DNA of 30,985 bases from an uncultured Christensenellaceae bacterium (lineage in GTDB: Bacteria; Bacillota; Clostridia; Christensenellales; Christensenellaceae). Location: the NCBI GenBank assembly GCA_964453325.1, contig CAYVOZ010000005.1, forward strand, positions 1 through 30,985. Reading direction: 5' to 3'. Shown piece after piece: positions 25,692-30,985 of the stretch. The notes beneath the pieces were generated by a model. It saw only the letters and a list, made by a program, of their open reading frames with translations, was not told the DNA's origin and ran no database searches. Both the position numbers and the translations under genes were made by a program. Each line of letters starts with the position of its first letter. Position 1 is the first letter of the stretch.

Positions 25692-26909
25692 TCAGGGCGT
25701 ATAGCCCTTCATTAAGAGCACGCGGTATGCGCTCTGCTCGAGCCGCTCGCGCGTGAGCCTGCCCGAGGACAGCGCATCGTAAAGAGCGGTAAAGACCTTT
25801 TCCTGACGGCTCACGGTCTTGCCTATGAGCACGAGATCTCCGCCGGCCTCAATAAAGCGCACGGAGCCTTCTCCTATGCCTACCGTGGAGGCGATCGCCT
25901 GCATGCGCATGTCGTCCGACATTATCACGCCCTCAAAGCCGAGGGAATCCCGGAGAATATCGGTAATAAAGACGTCCGAGACGGAGGTTATGTCGCCGCA
26001 GACGGCGGGATAGGACATATGCGCCACGAGCATGCCGTCGAGCCCCGCGTCTATCGCGGCGGAAAACGGCAGAAGCTCATAGGAAGCGAGCTCGTCGTAT
26101 GTCGTTTGCAGCACGGGCAGCTCGTCGTGGGGGTCGGTGGCGGTGGAGCCATGCCCGGGGAAATGCTTGCCGAAGCTCTTTACGCCGCCGTCCTTAAGGC
26201 CGCGCACAGCTGCGTCCGCATGACGGGACGCGACCTCCGCGTCTCCGCTGAACATGCGCTTTCCGAGAAAGGTGGAGAGCGGCTCGGGCGCGATATCGAG
26301 CACGGGCGCGAGGTCTATGGTTATGCCGATCTCGCTGAGCCTGCCGCCTATGCGCAGGTATTGCTGATATGTATACTCCGTATCGTCCTTCTGACCGAGC
26401 GTATACGCGGAGTTTATGGACGGGCTCCACGAAAAGCGCAGCACACGCCCGCCCTCCACGTCTATGGCAAAGGAAAGCGGTATATCCGTGGGGTTGGCGT
26501 CGTTTACGCTGTCTATGAGCGCGGCGGTCTGCTCAAAGGACTCCGTGTTGTTGCCGAAGAGTATTATATTGCCGACCTTGTACTCCTCCATAAAGTCAAG
26601 GAAGCCCCCGGACGGCGAGGACACGCCCTCAAAGCCGCACATCACGAGCTGGCCTATGAGCTCCGCGTCGGACAGGGAATCTATGAGCGACTGCACCGCG
26701 TCCGGCTCCGGAGTCGGCTCGGGGGTCGGTGCCGGGGTCGGTACCGGGGTCGGCTCGGGCGTCGGCGCCGGCGTGGCTATCGGCGGAGGCGAGGGGAGCT
26801 GGAGACCCGAGGGGTATTCGCTTTTGCCTGCGTTATCCGCGCAGCCGGCTGCGCCTATGCACAAAACAAGCAGCATCGCCGTCAGCGAAAGGAGTTTCTG
26901 TTTAGTCAT
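25692..26909 (-). CDS. nagZ: GH3 beta-N-acetylhexosaminidase (NagZ-like) lipoprotein with Pro/Thr linker
   Basis: Lipobox GAAG-C23; IDVEGGRV, KHFPGHG, DPH, SDDMRM motifs. Confidence 0.88.
   Translation of the reverse strand: MTKQKLLSLTAMLLVLCIGAAGCADNAGKSEYPSGLQLPSPPPIATPAPTPEPTPVPTPAPTPEPTPEPDAVQSLIDSLSDAELIGQLVMCGFEGVSSPSGGFLDFMEEYKVGNIILFGNNTESFEQTAALIDSVNDANPTDIPLSFAIDVEGGRVLRFSWSPSINSAYTLGQKDDTEYTYQQYLRIGGRLSEIGITIDLAPVLDIAPEPLSTFLGKRMFSGDAEVASRHADAAVRGLKDGGVKSFGKHFPGHGSTATDPHDELPVLQTTYDELASYELLPFSAAIDAGLDGMLVAHMSYPAVCGDITSVSDVFITDILRDSLGFEGVIMSDDMRMQAIASTVGIGEGSVRFIEAGGDLVLIGKTVSRQEKVFTALYDALSSGRLTRERLEQSAYRVLLMKGYTP
26703..26795 (-). repeat. Low-complexity coding repeat (PTPA/PTPE/PTPV)n linker
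   Basis: Translated PSPPPIATPAPTPEPTPVPTPAPTPEPTPEP; 12-bp periodicity in the DNA. Confidence 0.9.
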
Positions 26910-29900
26910 CGGCTATCTCGAGCTCCTCCTTTGTGACTACTCTCGGGGGCCGCTTGCACAGCGAGTCGTAGAGTATGGGTATCACGAACAGCGTCATAAA
27001 CGTGGCGTATATGAGGCCGCCTATGCAGGTCACGGCGATGGGCTGCACGAGCGACGCGCCGGTGCCAATGGCAAAGGCCATGGGTATGAGTCCCAATATC
27101 GTCGTGAGCGCGGTCATGAGCACGGGGCGCAGCCTCGTGAGGCAGGCCTCCGTGACGGCCTCGCGCCGCCCGGCGCCGCTCTTGCGCAGCGTGTTCATAT
27201 AGTCTATGAGCACTATGCCGTTATTCACGATTATGCCCACGAGCATGACGAGTCCTATCATGGCCACGACGCTTATCTCCATATTTGCTATGAGCAGCGC
27301 CGCGAGTCCGCCCGTCGCCGCAAGGGGTATCGTGAACATGACTATAAGCGGAGACAGCAGCGACTGGAACTGAGCCACCATTATGAGATAGACTATGACT
27401 ACGCCTAAAAGCAGCATGAGCACGAGATCGCCGAGGGAGGACATTATGGTGTCGTTCTCGCCGGTGTCGATAAGGTACGTATCGCCGGGCAGCTCGAGCT
27501 TTTCTATGCGGGCTGCTGCGTCCGATGCGGTGAGAGTCACGTTATGCCCGTCAGCGACGGACGCGGTGACCGTAAGACAGCGCTTCTGATTCTGCCTCGA
27601 TATCGAGGCCAGCGTCTCGCCCTCGGATATGTCCGCGATGTCCGAAATGGGAGTGCTTATGCGCGTTCCGTCGGTGCGGCTCGTCTTTGTCAGCACGAGC
27701 GAGCGTATATCGTCCGTCGTTATCTCGTCTGTGCCTTCCGACGTGACGGTGACGCTCTTGCCGTCGATATCGTTCGTGAGCGTGGCGGTAGAGAGCTCTG
27801 CCGATACGGAGGCGTATACCTCCGCGACAGTGAAGCCCGCGCTCATTGCGGCGTCCTTATCTACTGTTATGACGAGCTCGTGAGAGGTGGTGTCTATGCC
27901 GTCGCTTATCTCCTCTATTCCGTCGACGCCCTCGAGCGCGGACGCCGTCATTCGCGCCGCCTCGGTGATATCGGCTATATCCGTGCCGTATACCGTGTAT
28001 GCGAGCCCGGAGGACGTCAGCGCAGAGCCCGTCATGGCGGAGGACGTGCCGGATATCGAATAATCCTCAATGCCGTGCGCGGCGAATATCTCGTTCATGC
28101 GCTGCTCGATCTCTCCGCCGCCGGAGTTCGTGCCGCCCTCGAGCACGGCGTACATCGTGACCTCGTTAGACGAGCCTGAACCGGAGGAAAGACCTATCAC
28201 TCCCGCGAGCCCGCTCGACTGCATCACACCGACGTCGGACACTCCGGGTATCTTTGCTATATCCGCTGCGGCGGCGTCGCAGACCTCCGCCGTATCGGCG
28301 AGGGTATTGTCCTCGTCGAGCGTTATATTGGCCATTATCTGAGTGCTCTCCATGGAGGGCATGAACGTAAAGCCCTTTGAGACGGAAAGCACGACCGTCA
28401 GCGCCAACAGCAGCGCGGAGAATACGAGCGTGAGGACCTTATGCTTCATCGTAAAGCCGAGCATGCTGCCGTATACGCGCTTCATGCCCTTGTTGAGGCG
28501 CGAGTCGCGCGTGCGGTTCTTTCTTAACACGCCGGAGGCCATCGCGGGGACGAGCGTGAGGGCGATTATAAGGCTGGCGAGCAGGGAATACGCTATCGTG
28601 AGCGCGAGATCCTGAAAGAGCTGCCGCGTTATGCCCTGCAAAAACACTATAGGCAGAAATACGCATACCGTGGTGAGAGTGGACGCGATGAGCGCGCCCG
28701 TGACCTGTCCCGCGCCGGAGATAGCCGCCTTAAAGGGCGAAAAGCCCAACGTGCGCAGGCGGAATATGTTTTCAATAGCGACTATGGAGTTATCCACGAG
28801 CATGCCTACGCCCACGGCAAGCCCCGCGAGGGATATGACGTTGAGCGTGACTCCCAAAAAGTACATGAGCACGACTGCGAACGTGACGCTCACGGGTATG
28901 GAGAGCGCGACTATGAACGTCGGTCGGATATCCCAGAGGAAGAAGAACAGTATCACTATCGCGAGCACCGCGCCGAGCAGCAGGTTTTCCAGCACGGAGT
29001 TTATGACTATATGTATATAGTCGCCCTGATCCATGAGCGCTGTGAAGCTTATGCCCGGGTATTCGGCGGTGAGCTTATCGAGGGTCTCCGATATGTTTTC
29101 GGAGGCGGTCGCCGTGGCAAAGCCGGACTGCTTGCGGAAGGAATAGAGCACGCCGGACACGCCGTTCATCTTGGCATATATGCCGTCAGCGTCGCTTATA
29201 GTCTCCGCTGTGGCGACGTCGGAGAGCTTTATGGGGTCGAGACCGTCCATGTCGAGGTCGAGCAGCGTGAGGGACCTCAGCTCGTCGATATCCGCAATGC
29301 TGTCGCCCACGCTCACGAGCCAGCTTTCGCCGTTTTCGTCGGCATAGCCCGCAGGCATGGAAAAGTTCTGCGCAAAAAGTATATCCGAGAGCATGCTTTT
29401 TGTTAAGAGCACGCCTAAATCCGCGCTGTCGTATGCGGACTGCTTCGCGTCTTCGATCTGCTCCTCCGCGCCCTCTATCTGCTCCTCCGCGCTGTCTAAC
29501 TGCGCGGACGACGCTCCGAGCATCTGCTCTCCCGCGACGATCTCCGCCAGCTTTTCATACATCTCATAATCCGCGGCGGCCTTGCTCGCGGCTAACTGAG
29601 CGCGCGCGTCCTCTATGCCCGTCTCGCCGCTTGAGAGCTGCGAGAGCGTGCCGTTGAGCTTTGCAATATTCGCGTTTAACGCCCCGAGTGCGGTGTTGAT
29701 CTGCGTGAGCGTGCCGCTGAGCGCCGCAAGATTCGTGTTTATGGTCGTGACGCCCGCCGTAGCCGTTGCGATGGCGTTCGGCAGGTCGGCTCTCACGAGC
29801 CCCTTAGCCGAGAGCTGTGCGTCTATATCCGCGAGCGCTGTCTCTATTGCCGCAAACTCGGGACTGTTGGCAGTGAGATAGGCTATCGCAGCGTCCCTCG

Positions 29901-30930
29901 TGAGAGAGGGGTCCGCTGCCATGGCTGCGGATATGAGCGCCTCGCGCTGTGAATCGAGCTGCGCCAGACCGTCGGAAAGCGCAGTGAGCGCGGCGAGCGC
30001 CGTCTCGGCGTCCGCTTTTTGCTGCTCCAGCCCGTCGATGCCGGTCTGCGTCGCGGTAATGTTCGTCTCGAGCTCTGTCTTTTTGCCGGTGAGCTCCGCA
30101 AGCGCCGTTGTGAGCTGCAGCTTTGCCTCTATGAGGGCGTACTCCTGCTCGTTTATCTTTCTGTCCGCTGCGGCGAGCTGTGCGGAGAGCTCCTTTTGAG
30201 CCTTGCCGAGCGCGCTTTTGCCGTCCTTTATCGAGTCGAGGCCCTCGTCCGTATCGAGTCTGCTCTTTTCGAGCTCCTCGCGTGCGTCCGTGAGCTCCTG
30301 CTCGGATTCCTCGAACTGCCTGTCTATTGCGGCGGTTATTTCCTTGTTTTTACTCTCTATAAGGGCGTCGTCGAGCACGACCCTTATGCTTTCGGTCACT
30401 ATGCCGCCGGGCGTCACGCCCGCTACGCCCTCAATGCCGTCGAGGCGGGGGGTGATCTTTTCGCTCGCGAACTCCGAAAGCTCGGTCACGCTCATATCCC
30501 CTCCGAGAGCATATACCGCGGTGGGTATCATGCTCGGGTCGATCTTAAGTATGGTGGGCGTACCCACGGTATCGCTCCACGCGGCGGAAACGAGGTTCAG
30601 CTTTTCGCGTATATCTATAACGAGCGTGTCCATATTCGCGCCCTCGCCGAACTCGAGAGTTATCATCGAATAATTGGGCGAGGATACGGAGGATACGTTT
30701 TTGATATTGTCGAGAGTAGCCATCTGCTGCTCTATAGGCCGCGTCACCTCCGTTTCGACCGAAGAGGGCGATGCGCCGGGGTAGGTCGTGACGACCACCG
30801 CATACGGAAACTCCATAGCCGGCAGCAGGTCGGGCGTCATATTTAAAAAGGACACGACGCCAAGTATGATTATGAGTATTATACCCACGAGTACGGTAAA
30901 CGGCTTTTTGACACTGAATTTTGCGAGCAT
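26902..30930 (-). CDS. RND efflux permease (AcrB/AcrD/AcrF family) with ~315-aa coiled-coil insertion
   Basis: TTYPGASP..VE.EVT.PIE, GVGMLVDNSIVAIENIFR, GIIVNNGIVLIDY, RLRPVLMTALTT motifs. 1342 aa versus about 1030-1050 for typical AcrB-family proteins. Confidence 0.93.
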   Translation of the reverse strand: MLAKFSVKKPFTVLVGIILIIILGVVSFLNMTPDLLPAMEFPYAVVVTTYPGASPSSVETEVTRPIEQQMATLDNIKNVSSVSSPNYSMITLEFGEGANMDTLVIDIREKLNLVSAAWSDTVGTPTILKIDPSMIPTAVYALGGDMSVTELSEFASEKITPRLDGIEGVAGVTPGGIVTESIRVVLDDALIESKNKEITAAIDRQFEESEQELTDAREELEKSRLDTDEGLDSIKDGKSALGKAQKELSAQLAAADRKINEQEYALIEAKLQLTTALAELTGKKTELETNITATQTGIDGLEQQKADAETALAALTALSDGLAQLDSQREALISAAMAADPSLTRDAAIAYLTANSPEFAAIETALADIDAQLSAKGLVRADLPNAIATATAGVTTINTNLAALSGTLTQINTALGALNANIAKLNGTLSQLSSGETGIEDARAQLAASKAAADYEMYEKLAEIVAGEQMLGASSAQLDSAEEQIEGAEEQIEDAKQSAYDSADLGVLLTKSMLSDILFAQNFSMPAGYADENGESWLVSVGDSIADIDELRSLTLLDLDMDGLDPIKLSDVATAETISDADGIYAKMNGVSGVLYSFRKQSGFATATASENISETLDKLTAEYPGISFTALMDQGDYIHIVINSVLENLLLGAVLAIVILFFFLWDIRPTFIVALSIPVSVTFAVVLMYFLGVTLNVISLAGLAVGVGMLVDNSIVAIENIFRLRTLGFSPFKAAISGAGQVTGALIASTLTTVCVFLPIVFLQGITRQLFQDLALTIAYSLLASLIIALTLVPAMASGVLRKNRTRDSRLNKGMKRVYGSMLGFTMKHKVLTLVFSALLLALTVVLSVSKGFTFMPSMESTQIMANITLDEDNTLADTAEVCDAAAADIAKIPGVSDVGVMQSSGLAGVIGLSSGSGSSNEVTMYAVLEGGTNSGGGEIEQRMNEIFAAHGIEDYSISGTSSAMTGSALTSSGLAYTVYGTDIADITEAARMTASALEGVDGIEEISDGIDTTSHELVITVDKDAAMSAGFTVAEVYASVSAELSTATLTNDIDGKSVTVTSEGTDEITTDDIRSLVLTKTSRTDGTRISTPISDIADISEGETLASISRQNQKRCLTVTASVADGHNVTLTASDAAARIEKLELPGDTYLIDTGENDTIMSSLGDLVLMLLLGVVIVYLIMVAQFQSLLSPLIVMFTIPLAATGGLAALLIANMEISVVAMIGLVMLVGIIVNNGIVLIDYMNTLRKSGAGRREAVTEACLTRLRPVLMTALTTILGLIPMAFAIGTGASLVQPIAVTCIGGLIYATFMTLFVIPILYDSLCKRPPRVVTKEELEIADD

Positions 30931-30985
30931 GCTTTACACTTCCTTTACCGTTATAAAATAACACAGTTTTATTTCGGCGGACAGT

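Noticed and set aside
5581-30964. Many long antisense or alternate-frame ORFs (e.g. 6307-7023, 13827-14519, 19308-20096, 26019-26936, 26416-27408, 30019-30846)
   Set aside because: Shadow ORFs expected opposite genes with GC-rich third positions; each overlaps a confidently identified gene and lacks motifs.

Overview
31 kb from a GC-rich monoderm bacterium, probably Clostridia (T-box riboswitch, SigA-type promoters, lipoproteins). Bases 1-~5580 are a visibly AT-rich defence-type island that abuts the 3' end of rlmD/rumA and appears to have replaced it. On the minus strand the island carries a DUF262 + HNH (GmrSD-like) protein with an extra C-terminal domain, an XRE regulator, and two tandem C5-cytosine DNA methyltransferases. 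The second methyltransferase runs off the window edge and is missing from the ORF track. The rest is host-type sequence: rlmD, cupin, uvrB, an MBL lipoprotein, a Gfo-HAD-Dabb-YbaK-sdaA-deoB cluster, a D-2-hydroxyacid dehydrogenase, T-box-pheS-pheT, a GT-C-like membrane protein, an AAA+/DUF4143 ATPase, rubrerythrin, a GH3 NagZ-like lipoprotein and an AcrB-family RND permease with a ~315-aa coiled-coil insertion. The best candidates for new biology are the rlmD-anchored GmrSD-like + dual-MTase island and the coiled-coil RND translationally coupled to a cell-wall glycosidase. No rRNA, tRNA, CRISPR array, integrase or transposase was seen. All assignments come from reading motifs by eye; no database searches were run.
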